NCBI GenBank assembly: GCA_010093995.1
Contig: ML992504.1
Location: forward strand, 558,001-622,000
Length of the DNA stretch: 64,000 nucleotides
Source: Elsinoe ampelina
Taxonomy: Eukaryota
Direction of reading: 5' to 3'
Made by a program: the position numbers and the translations under genes. The notes beneath the pieces were generated by a model. That model did no database searches, was not told the origin of the DNA, and saw only the letters and a program-made list of their open reading frames with translations. This document shows positions 32,960 to 44,721 of this stretch, one piece after another; the stretch's first letter is position 1; each line of letters starts with the position of its first letter.

Positions 32960-35900
32960 ATGACCGAGGAACCACAGAGTCGCCGGAACATGTTCAAGTC
33001 AAAATGGGGAAAGATCATAAAGGCAGACGACGCACACAAGACTGGCAAGAATGCTGCATTCAGCGACGATGTCTCCGACTTCCTGCAGAGCGCCTCGAGG
33101 TCAAACTCCGTGGCCAGTGGAGGCACGCGACCACTAAACTTGGACATCGCTGCTGCTCAGAGATGGCCGAATGCGAACCAACTTCAACAACTGTCGACTG
33201 GAGAGTACAAGGTCCCTTCGCCATTACCGGTGGACAGATCAGGAAGAGCAAGGAGAAGGAAGGACCTCACTGTCCGCTTCGTATCCACCACCCCGGAGAT
33301 CATAGGTCATGGCGGCGACGAGACTGAGGTACCGCCAATGGAGATTGGATATGTTCGAGCAGCGCTGCAGAGATCACTCTCAGAGCGTCGACCGGAGCAA
33401 TCTCCTGAACTACCAGAAAGAGCAGCGGCATCGCCAATTCGCCCTGGTATGCGTGATCGTGCACAGACGGCCCGAGGTAATACTGAGGCCTACTCGAGTC
33501 TCATGTCTGCTGGTGTGTTCGGGGACAGGCCGCCCTCGAGGGACAATCGCGGAGCAGACGACAACGAGCTTTCACAGCCTGGCCTAAAGCGAACACAAAC
33601 TGGCTTCTCCTCGACAGACGACTCTCCCCCTCCTGGTAATCATTCGGCGTACCCTGTACCTCCCCCGCCTATACCGCCGCGGAGAGCCCTGCCACCTCGG
33701 ATAGAGGTAGCGACCGAAGATGCGCCTGGACGGATGTCGGACGACCGACTGCCCTCAGAAGAGTGGAACCAGGACACAGGAAGGGTACCCAGGATATTAC
33801 GAAAGGAGTCGTCAGAGGCAATATTGAAGTCGCAACAACGTATGCGGGTAGAAGAAGGTCAAGCTTTTGCTCGAGCTTATCGACTCAGCCAAACATTCCC
33901 TGCAGGCCAGGAAGATGTTCGGCCAGGATCACGGTCGAGCGAGCTGTCATACCCACCACCTTCCACAGGTTCAGGGGAGCATATCCCGCGGAAGCAAGTC
34001 CCACATCATGACCCGAACGATACTCGAGAAGGCATGCCGGTCAGGACGAGGCCACCTCCCTCGCCAAATAGATTGTCTGGTGAACGATTTTTGCAACCTG
34101 GCGGTATGCAGTCGCAAGAACGTCTGACGCCGCCCATTACGCCACCAATGGCAAACAACAAACCCGCTGCGCTGGCGCCACAAGACTATATCGAGTTCTT
34201 CAAAGCGAAGACCAGGTCGAGATCAAACTCCGCCACGAATAGACCACCGTCAAGGGACACACAGAACACTACACATGATTCTCCATTACAATCTTCGGGC
34301 ATGATTCCTGATAACCCGCGCTTGAGGGTCGAGAGGACACGAGATGGCTTGCAAGCGTCTTCACAGGACGGTGCATCACGTCCTGAGTATTCAGCACCAC
34401 GTTCCAGAGAACCCACCCCAACTAGCCCGGCTGTCCCAGCTAGGCGAGCAGTGCCGGCAGCCTCACCCGAGCAAAGTCCTCAATCCGCTGCAAGGGAATT
34501 TCATAGTCACGAGCAATCACCACTCAAGCATGCGAGAAGGCGATCGACTGATCAGAGTGCACACAGTGCAGGTTCTGGTCACTCTACAACAGAGGCACCA
34601 ACTCGCAAGGTCGACCCCAACGCAGCCATTGCCTTTGATGACTTTGCCTCACGAGTCAATCAGATGAAAGGAGTCTTTCGGTTGACCGCTCAAAAGGAGC
34701 GTCCAGACTCGTCGATCCCAACTCGACAGTGGAGTAGATGTGCATACTGGTGGCTACACAAGGGCAGACTGGAGCTGGAAACGCTGGTCAGATCCAGACA
34801 AGAGCAAGGTCGGCTCACACAGGCTCATGTGGATATCGCAAAAGCCTGGTGGGTCCTGGTCGAGATATTCGAAGATGATGCCAGTGCAAATGATGCCCAA
34901 GATGCCGAAGATATAGCTTCATTGCGCTATCACCTCCAGAACTTGTCATTATGGATGGAGAGACAACAGTACTTGCCTCCGGTTGCATCTCTGATCCAAG
35001 GGCAGGATACCAGGGTCTGGCTACCATACCCACCATTTTCTCCCGATGTCGAGTATCTTTTGGGATGTACTGCTGGTACAAACAAGGCCGGCGAGGTGCT
35101 GCCACTTGGCGATACCAGAGACTACTTCTTCTACCAAAGAATATTTGTAATTGCTTCTCTCAACACTGATGATCCGAGATCAGACCGGGTTCGACTTCCT
35201 TGCACCCTTAGTATGCTACGACATCGCTCACACTATCGCGCTTCTGTTGTGATTGCAAGCCAATCCGATTTGATCAATGTACTGGTCGGACCTGAGCTTG
35301 GATCTGAAAAGAAAGGTCCGAACTGGCATGATGTTGCGTGGATAGCAAAGTCATGCACAATGTCAGTCAATTTGCCACGGGGTCTGGCTTTGAAGGTCAA
35401 CATCGAAGAAGCAGACTACCGTTCACTTTCAAACATGATCGAGTATACAAGGGCTTTAGACAAGAGCTTCCAACCTGGAGCTGGCGAAACACTCATTTAT
35501 AGCTCGCAGCTTGCGGAGGCGCAGTACGCAGATCGCAGCAAGACGCATACATTTCCAGAAGGGAAGATCCGAAGATCATACATTGGTGTTTTCGAGACGA
35601 TGCACGAAGCCAGCTACGAAAACTACGTTCAGAAATCGCATCAGGGGTTCCGCTTGATGCTTATCACGCCCAGCACTTCCCGCACACTTGGACTGGTCAG
35701 TCGACCGTTTGACGCCAAATCACCTGTTCTATACGAGATACCAGATGTTCCTTCAGACAAAGCCAACCCAGCCATAATTCTCCACTCACCCGATCCAGCA
35801 CACCCATGGCGTCTCCTCCTCGTTTTCGAGTCAAGAAACGCTTTCCAGGATCTCCTCTCCCTCTTCCACGGGACATTCAAAACTCCCCTCGAACAAACCA

Positions 35901-37047
35901 AAGTCTCCCTCTCCCTCCGCTCCTTCACAGCCGAAACCCTCCTCGACTCCTCCTCCTCCAACACCAACCTCTCCGTCCTCTCCCGCCTCCAATGGCACCG
36001 CGCCGAAATCATCACGGCCCCCACCTCCAGCACCTCCTCCACCCCCATCCTCTCCCCCTCCCTCCGCCTCATCCTCTCCCACTCCACCGGCACCATCACC
36101 GACCGCCTCAACTTCCTTCCAGGGGACCTCCTCCTCCGGCTCCCCGTCGACCCCCAATCCCCACCCACCATCCACCTCGCCCGCCTCCCGCAACCCTCCA
36201 TCACCCAATCCCTAGACCGGCGCACCACCCTCCCCGGCTCCCTCGACAAACTCCTCCCCATCACCGCCTCCCTCTCGCTCCTCCCCACCATCCGCACCCT
36301 CACCTTCTCCTCCCGCCCCGACCTCCACGCCTTCGAACAAGAACTCACTTCCTACCGCGTCCTCGCCGACGTCAGCCCCAGTCTCTTCTCCATCACCCGC
36401 CGCCGCATGGTCGTCAGCATCGTCAAGAAACTCGAAGCGACACGGTGTCGGGTGCAGGTTTTGCGGCGCGAAGAAGGGGACGTGCGCGTCGCGGTCTGGT
36501 TCGAGGATTTCGGCCACGCGGAGAGCATGGCGTTTACCGTCAGGGGCAGCGATGAGTTTGAGAGGTGCAAGGGGGAGAAGGGCATGCGGGCCGGGGGCGT
36601 GAGGCTGGTGGAGGCAAAGTTCAGCTTGCCGAAACGGGGAGGGCAGTGCGGGGGAGGCGAAGGGGAGGTGGTGGCGGGGTTGGAGGGGGTGAAGGGGAGG
36701 TTCGTCAATCTGGAGGGGCTGGAGTACATGGAGGAACACGATGATTTGGTGGTGGGGTTCGAGGGGCAGGAAGGTGAGATAATCATTCCGTTCGCCATTT
36801 TTTTTCGTCCTGTGTTTTCGTTCCTACGGTGCTCAGAGCTGGCGGTGTCGGTCCGGCTTCTGCGCCGCCCTACTTGCGTCGCTCGGGCGATGACAGTCTT
36901 TCCCCTCACGAAATCTTCCCTGTTTTCTCTCGTCTGGATCTCTCGTCTGCGTTATGTTACTGACTTGGACCAGACCTAGACTCCCTCGTCGCCGCCCTCC
37001 CGGGCCCGGTCCACGCCCCGCGAACTTTTCTCTCCAAGCGCCGCTAG
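32960..37047 (+). CDS. Conserved-looking hypothetical protein (~1300 aa): disordered Pro/Ser-rich N-half and folded C-half; 2 exons
   Basis: Long ORF. A predicted intron at 36774-36973 (gtgaga...tactgac...cag) replaces the aberrant ORF tail with DLDSLVAALPGPVHAPRTFLSKRR*. Confidence 0.75.
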
Positions 37048-37533
37048 ATACCCATTGTTTTCATACGCCTCCTTTGTATACACTTCCTTTGCCATACAAC
37101 TCTTACAAGTGCATCTCTACGGATCATCCCTGGCGAGACTTGGACTCGGCACGCGAGCCGAGCCGCGCGGTGCTTTTGCTTTGTTGATATTCTTGCATGG
37201 CGTGGAGGTCCGTTCATACATTCCCGTTCTATCTGGGACTGGTATAGAAGCATTCATATGAGAACCTTGTCAAGCGATCATGCTATGTCTGCGGTGATTC
37301 TGCTTCTCGTGGTCTCGAGTCTTTGTAACATGATCCCATTCGTCTGCGCCCGAAATATGAAGACCATGTGCCACTCGACAGCTATACAGGGCTTCTTGAA
37401 GGGTACAGAGACCCCACCAACGACGAGGCAACATCCACAACACCACAGGGACCGCAAAATTTCATGTTGCCGAGAAAGAAGCAATGGAGATGAGAAAACA
37501 TTCAAGATTCTGTCGCACTAATATCTCTAGCCC

Positions 37534-37596
37534 CTCTGCCCTCTCTGTCCTCTCTGCCCTCCCTGTCCTCCCTGTCCTCCCTGCCCTCCCTGCCCC
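37534..37596 (+). repeat. Minisatellite: 7 copies of the 9-mer CYCTGYCCY
   Basis: ctctgccct ctctgtcct ctctgccct ccctgtcct ccctgtcct ccctgccct ccctgcccc. Confidence 0.9.
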
Positions 37597-37977
37597 CCTC
37601 TACGATCCGTCCTCTTCTCTCGCCTTCCCCATGCCACTCTCCCATACCTTTCTCTAAAGAAGGACAGATCATCTACCTAAGACTTCTTCCCCTTCATCCC
37701 AGACGAAGATCCCACTCTCCTTAAACGCCGTGCAATCCAATTCCCATGTCGCAACAATGTAGCCTCTCGCTTCGCGCTGAGGAGAAGACTGTCTGTTTCG
37801 CCAAACATTCTCGCTTCCTGCCCGACTTTGCATATTCCTCGTACTGCGTTCGCTGTCTGTACCAATCGCTTCACAGCCTCTAGCACCGACCTTCCATACT
37901 GGTCTTTCTCATGCAGACTCTCTGTAGAACATCGACATACCCATGTCTATCAGGGCATGCCGATCAAGTGAATGGGA

Positions 37978-40300
37978 TTAGACAACAGTCTGCTCCCTCA
38001 ATCCACTCGGATCCTTCTTCCCTCTTCTTCCGAGCAGAGTGGCGTTATCCAAGCTCAACTCAAAGGGACCCTTGTTCCGCACCTGTTTCCGTGCCGCAGC
38101 AGCGACAGCGGCAGAGTGCTGTCCGTAACCCTTCTCCTCAGCCCTACCACGAGGTTGCTCACGTTGCCTCGCCTGAGCGGCGGCAGAAAGGCTCGTGTTG
38201 CGCATCGCCTTCTCCATGCCACCGACGTCTGGCTGACCGGCCTTTGGTAGTTTGGCGGGCAATTGTGAGGTGTTGGCGTCATATGGAGCCGAAGTGGCGG
38301 CAAATTCATCCTCATCGTAGTCTTCGTCTTCGTCGAGGGCGTTGAGAGAATTGAGGCCGGCGGCACCACGGAAGCCTTGTTTGAAGTTCTTGCGGCGTTT
38401 GGTCTCTTCTTCTTGCCTGTGGACAGCGTAACCCACGTCGAAGACTTCTCGAAGGTTCACGGCACCAGGAGATCTGAAGTCCATCCGACGTCCGACACCA
38501 CCTGGCGTCTCGTCGAGGAATGGTTGGAGGAACTGATTGTCCTTTGCCGCCTGTTGTCGCTGTTCTCGGATGAGCGGAGTTGCGAGTGGTGGTGCGTCGG
38601 CGGCGGCTGTGGTGGCTTCTTGTGATTCGCGAATCCACGGGTGAGCCAGGAATTGCTTGATGTCGTAACGCTTCTCCGGATCGACAGTGAGAAGATGGGA
38701 CACAAGATCTTGTGCAGACTTTGAGATGTCGTCCCACCAGGGCGAAAGGAATGTGTATTGACCTCTTGCAACCTTTTCAGTGAGGACCTGAATCGACTCG
38801 TCATAGAATGGTGGGAAACCGCAGAGAAGAGTGTACAACACACATCCCAGTGCCCACATGTCAACCGACTTGGAGTACCGCTCATCCTTGACAATCTCTG
38901 GTGCAGTGTAGCCGACAGTACCGCAGGGCGTCATTGTCTGACTGTCCCAAATGACCTTTGACAGACCAAAGTCGGCAATCTTGATGACGCCGATGCCGCC
39001 GGAACCCTTGCCCTTGATGAATTCACCTTCGTCTGCCTTGTCTTCGTCGTCGGGGCCGCGAGGCTTGGGGTTTCTTGTTGGGATGAACGGGGTGGGGTAG
39101 AAAAGCAGATTTTCTGGCTTGATATCACTGTACGATGTTAGCCATTGTACGCGACAATGCCAAATTGTGTCTTACCGATGCACCACGCCAGCTTCTTCGT
39201 GCAAGTATTCTAATGCGTTTGCCACTTGAGTGATGACGTGTCTTGAGAGATCCTCGCTAAAGTACGTGAGACGAACAATCTGGTGGAAAAGTTCGCCACC
39301 AGGGCAAAGCTCGAGAACGATGTAGTAGTACTGGTTGGCTTCGGAGAATTCGACCAGCTTGACGATATTCGGGTGATCGAGTTGTCGCATAATCTGCACC
39401 TCCTTGAGGATGTTTGCGCGCTGAGAGTACGTCAGTACGGTTGACCAATTTGGATTTCTGGTGTTCTATAGTCGACTGGATTCGACATGCAGAACCTCGA
39501 ACAACAAAAGAAACTGAATATGCGCACCTCCACTGTCTTTGGAGCCTTTTTAAAGTCCGGATGTAAATGGTTGTTGCCCTGAAAGACTCGCGTCGGTACA
39601 TGTTTGACTAATATCATACAGAAATATGAAGAGTAAAAAAGGCGAAGCCAAAGACAGCATCACAGGTGCCGATAACAAAAAAAAGGAAAAAGAAAAAGAA
39701 GGAAAGTAGAAGCGCACTGATGATACGCACCTGAGTAGCGTTCATCTCAAACTTTCGGACCACCTTGATGGCGACCTCGTTATACTGTCCCTTCAGATCG
39801 CGAGCGCGATAGACGTTTGAGAAGGCACCATCACCCATCTTCTCGATGAGTTGGTATCGTTCCAGTCCGGGGTATCGTGGCAGACGGCCTTTTGCTTCTC
39901 TTTCTTCGGCGACGATGCGCTCGAGCACCTCCTTGTCGACATTTTGTTGTTTTGCGGCCTTTGCGGCAGCAGCGCGTTGTTGTTGGTCCGCGGCATGAGC
40001 GGCGGCATTACCTGCTTGAGCGGCGACATTTCTATTGTCGACGGCAGCGGCGGAGAAATCTCCTTGAGGGGCATTCGCCTGGAGCGGCTTGTGACCGTAA
40101 ACATTGGGATCGCTTATACCACCAAAGTGGGCAGCTGCAGGTTGCTGGACCGGCTGTTGCTGACGCGGTTGTTGGTAGTCATTGTATCTCTGTTGCTGAG
40201 CGTGGACATTTGATACGGCAGGCTGATCGGGAGGTGACTTGGCATCCCTGGCCTGCTTGCCGTGTCTGATGAAGTTTTTGAGATTCTGTATGGTAGACAT
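37978..40300 (-). CDS. SRK1: MAPK-activated CAMK-group Ser/Thr kinase Srk1/Rck2; exons 40300-39731, 39578-39528 (optional), 39420-39176 and 39127-37978
   Basis: MSTIQNLKNFIRHGKQ, MGDGAFSNVY, VAIKVVRK, HRDIKPEN, Gly-rich insert GSGGIGVIKIADFGLSK, TPCGTVGYTAPE and C-terminal FELSLDNATLLGRR. Confidence 0.93.
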
Positions 40301-42530
40301 TGTGGTCAGTGGTGAGTTGAGCTTATGACGAAATGAGCAAGGGGTGAGTGTCGAGTGAAGTGAGGGCAGCAGTAGTTGGCAGTCGATTGGGCAGCGACAG
40401 GAAAGATCCGTCCGACGCTGAGCTCAATGCAAGCAGCAGCAGAAGAGAAGATCCGAGTGTGCGATATAAGTGAAGGAACAAGAGAGTTGGTGGGGTTGGA
40501 AAAGAAAAGGCGTTCCTGCAACAGCAACGAGGTGTGAGAGGTGCAGGTGAGGTGCAGTTGCAGGTCAGAGTCGACGTCGATGCAGTGACGGTGACGGGAT
40601 GCGAGTCGGATGACGTCGGTGGGGCCCGTGCGAAGCGGTGGTGATTGTCCCGTCGCTCTCTGCAGGGCAGAAGACACCTATTGCTGCACAAAAAAAAAGC
40701 CACTGCAGTACTGGTGATGGTGATGGTGGGAAGGGTCCTTTGTCTCTGCTCGTGCGTCTTGATGATGCACCGTGGTCAGGCGTCGTCCGTTTCTGGTCTG
40801 CCAGATCGCAAGTATCCCTATACAGGTTGATGATGCAAGTTATATAATCTGGCAAGAGTCGACCATGAATCGCCAAGGGCCTGGAAAGTGGAAGGCTGCT
40901 GGATGCCTGGACCTGTTCTGCCCACTGACTGCCAACTACTCTGCCCTATGATCACGTCCTCGGTAACAACTGGAAAGGAGATGATCAACTCACCTCAATC
41001 AACATGTCGCCAGTCGATAGTCGGAGACGATCTCCGCCTGGTCATACACTTTCGGTTAATACTGTGATTGAAGCAAGCACCCTTTGGTGGCTGAGTCGCT
41101 TCCAGTGGATGTTGTGTGTCTGGCAAAAGCCGCAAGTACCCTCGTTTTGGATCAAAAACGAACTCGTGAAAGGTGGATATGCAGAGAGCAAATAATGTCA
41201 CACAATTGTGGTAGCTTGTATTGAAGGCTAAAACCCAGTGCGTAGCGATGATGGAACTTGGCCCGGCAAAGGCGCCTGTCTTCCACTGTCTGTTCCCACC
41301 AGAACCCGGCCTCTTACGGGTCAGGTCCTCTTCACAATCTCCGGAAGACGGATGGATGAAGGAAAAAGCATCCGAATTGATCGTATTCCACTGTATCTCG
41401 CCGTGACTCCGTGACCGCATGAACATTTGGTCTTGTCCGCATCAAACCATCGACAGGCGGAACGACGCGGACTATCAGTGTCTAGCATGAGTAAGACGGT
41501 GACTGTTGAGGTAGTGGTGTTGGTAAAGCTTGTCTTTGTCTTTGTCTTGATCTGATACTTCTATTCATCCTATACAGCTATCCATGGTTGTGTACCTCAT
41601 GATACCCACCACCTATCATCCACCATCTCCGAGACGCGGTCAAAAGACCATCTTCTCCACAGGATTGACAGCCGCAGTGGCCGATCTGGGAATGACGCCA
41701 GGGCTCACTTTTCAATCTCCGTGCACAGAGCTCAACCACGAGCAAAGACTCAGCAAGTCCTTGGTACTGTTCAGAGTGGGGGTGGCCTTCTCGATCGACC
41801 GTCAGAGAGCCGCTTTCAGCTTGTTTGATGTGTTTTGCTGCAGCGTCCACGAAAGCTGACTGCGCGTTTCAACCGCCGTGCATGCATGCATACAGCGACC
41901 AAGAGGTGAGATTGTTTTGCTTTTTCCAGGCTAATCTCGCATGATAGATCGTATGGGCAGTGACACTGTAGCCTGTACCTTGTTCACGGCCGCAGTGCTG
42001 GTACAGCATCAACCATGATGAAAAATCTCCGTCCTCCACCACCTGCAACACACGAAACCTGTCAAAACGTCATGTCCCATCCCCCTTCATCATGCGGCTC
42101 AAATATAATTATCCTGGCACCCGCGTGGGTGGGTCCCCGGCACGGTTCAATGATGCCATGGCAATTCAGGGTTCAGAGATCCTGGATGACTTTATTCCGT
42201 CATCGCGTCACTTTGTCCCGGCCGACGCGCAAACTTGGCGTATGTTGTATGTTGTGTACCGTCTGCTCGTTCACGGAACCGAGGAGATGAGACTGTGCAG
42301 GGCAAAAAGGCGGCATGAACTGCGAAAGGGTGACGTATCCGTCATGGCTTGTCATGTGGTCGAGCACGTGCCGTGTTCTTGTCTCTGACTACAGTGGTCG
42401 CACTAGATCAGGAGCCATGTGCTTCGGGCAGAGAGGATGGCAGTGTGATGCATTAAGCGGATATCAATTCCTACCAGTGAATGTGCCGGACGCCATGAAC
42501 CCATCCCAATAGTGTACCTCATACAATCAT

Positions 42531-44077
42531 TCAAACAGCTCTGGCGGCTTCGCCAGCTGAATCTTCCTCTGCTCGTACTCTTGCCTTGCCCCTTCCAATG
42601 CCCCCCTCGCCGACACCCATTCTCTTTGCCACGTACCGCTGAGCCACAACACCAATTGACAGGTTCAATGTCTCCTCGAGCCACTCGCTGACCCATTCCC
42701 TCGCGTCGACACCGCCTGACTCAATCATCTCCCTAATGCTGTCTGGCAGACCTTCCTCGCCCTCTGCCGTGGCATCCATCCACTCTATCCACTGACTTGG
42801 GAAAGACTGGCTGACTGTCGAGAATGTGATAGAATGGATGGGATCGTGCAAGTAGATTGCAAACAATGTCACGCCTTCGTCCTTTGGTTCCGGCTCAATC
42901 ACAGCGCCCTTCTCCTCCTTCTCCTTCTGACTTCCAGCGAAAAGTGCCCCATCAGACTTTTGATTGATAGCTTGGATCGCAAGGAAGATATCACTGCTTC
43001 TGACCGGGTTGCTCTCGCTCAACACCTCGGTCGCCTTCTTGGCTGCCTCTTCCACTCCGCCGTGCGAGGCAAAAAATTCAGTGGCGTATGCCTCTGCGTT
43101 CGCTCGTGCCAGCTTCGTGCCCTCTATGAGACCGACGACTGCACCTAGGTCGCGTTTGGTTTGAGCGTCCCGCCACCATGGCCCGTCTGACCAGCTGGGG
43201 CTGCCACCTCCAAGTAGGTTGCCTCTGTACCCGACGTCTGATACACTCCTATCTCTTGCTCGTGATTCTGTACCGCGTTGTATGACGAGGAGGTCGCCGC
43301 CTTCCACTTGCGACATGACGCGGGCAAAGACCGAGTAGACTATGGGGTCGAGTGAGGGGTAGCCAAGGATGTCATGTGTCGTGTGGATCTGGAGGCGTTC
43401 GTGTGCTGAGATGGGAGGCGCAATGGTCTGCAGAATGTTTGTGAATGTTGGCATTGCCAGTGATTTGACGTTTCCACCTGATATGTGTTAGTATGATGTG
43501 GTGCCTTGGAACATGTACTCCTACCGTATGCGCGAAGTGTCTCCACGTTTCCTCGCATTCGCTCAGTCCACTTGAGTGCTTCCTCATTATTCTGCACCTC
43601 TTTCACCGCAGCTTCTGCTTGCTTTACCGCAGCTGATGCAGCTGTGAAGACACTGCCCCACCAACCTCCTCCTGCAGCTTTCGATGGGGATGCATCTGAT
43701 GGTCTGACCGTCTCGGCTGTGGACTGCATACTTGTTCTTGGCACTGCAGCCTCATTCTGTATCCCGACAGGCCGGTCCTCGCTGTTCCTTCCACTCCCTA
43801 CTCCAGAGCTTGGTGGAGTCGCGACTTTAGGTCCAGTCGTCCCAGACGCTGTTGAGCTCGATAATCGTGGAGTGTGTGGTCGTGAGATGGGCTTTGCGGA
43901 TGCGAGCGCAGATAACTCTGCCAACGGATCATCCTCAGGAGCTGTCGCGGGTGCTGCGGGCTTGCTCGCTTTGGATGCGCCTTTGGTCTTTGGAGCAGAT
44001 GCGTCTGGTGTCGAAGAGGGGATATCTTCGAACTGAGCGAACAGCTCCTCGTCAGTCAGAGCTTTTTTGGACGCCAT
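42531..44077 (-). CDS. MTC1: Maintenance of telomere capping protein 1-like; 2 exons
   Basis: GGGWWGSVFTAASAAVKQAE, TIAPPISAHERLQIHTTHD, YSVFARVMSQVEGG and SIGVVAQRYVAKRMG. Intron 43478-43524. Confidence 0.85.
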
Positions 44078-44721
44078 GACTGTGAAGAATATCTGGTTGG
44101 TAAAGCCAAGGTCTGAACAGTCGTGTGTTGTGAGACAAGGAAACAAGAATGGTCAAGATGGAATGCATGGACAAGTGAGCGAGCTCCCTCTCCAAACGAT
44201 CCAGGACCGAGCGACCAACTCCCAGACGCATCTGAGCTATACCCAAAGCGTCTTTAGCTCAAACGCTAATCGCGGCGGAGCGGCGACGGACCAAACATCA
44301 AAATGATCAATTCTTGTTCGCATCCATTATTGTACGCTGTATTCTCATCGTCTCATCTTCGGATTGCTGTAAATTGCCTCTTCTCATCTCAGTCATTTGT
44401 CCCTGTCTACTCTCCTCGAGGAAGTGGATATTTGCCCCTGTCGTTGCGGCATTCGTGTCTCAGCCGTGGCGTCTCGGATGGTCACGACGAAAAGCATTAC
44501 TCCATCACGACATACAACCAATTAGGTGCCACAACGGCGGACAATATTCATTACAATCAAGTCATCGGACTTTCATCATGTCATTTTCCAGCTAGAGTCG
44601 TCTTAGAATCTTTGGCGAGTGGTTTGGACCCGTTTCGTCTGCTGGCCCTCGAGTCCATTGTACCAGGAGCAGACCGGGTCCATTACATTTACACAACAGA
44701 ATCAGCGCAATTCTTATCAAC

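Noticed and set aside
35641..36909. Long overlapping and antisense ORFs in skewed regions (also near 927-1841, 14271-14876, 48009-48666 and 57220-57795)
   Set aside because: By-products of stop-codon depletion in C/G-skewed coding sequence; the translations are low-complexity.
15207..40300. NBP2 and SRK1, both HOG-pathway related, in one window
   Set aside because: They are over 20 kb apart with many unrelated genes between them; likely coincidence.
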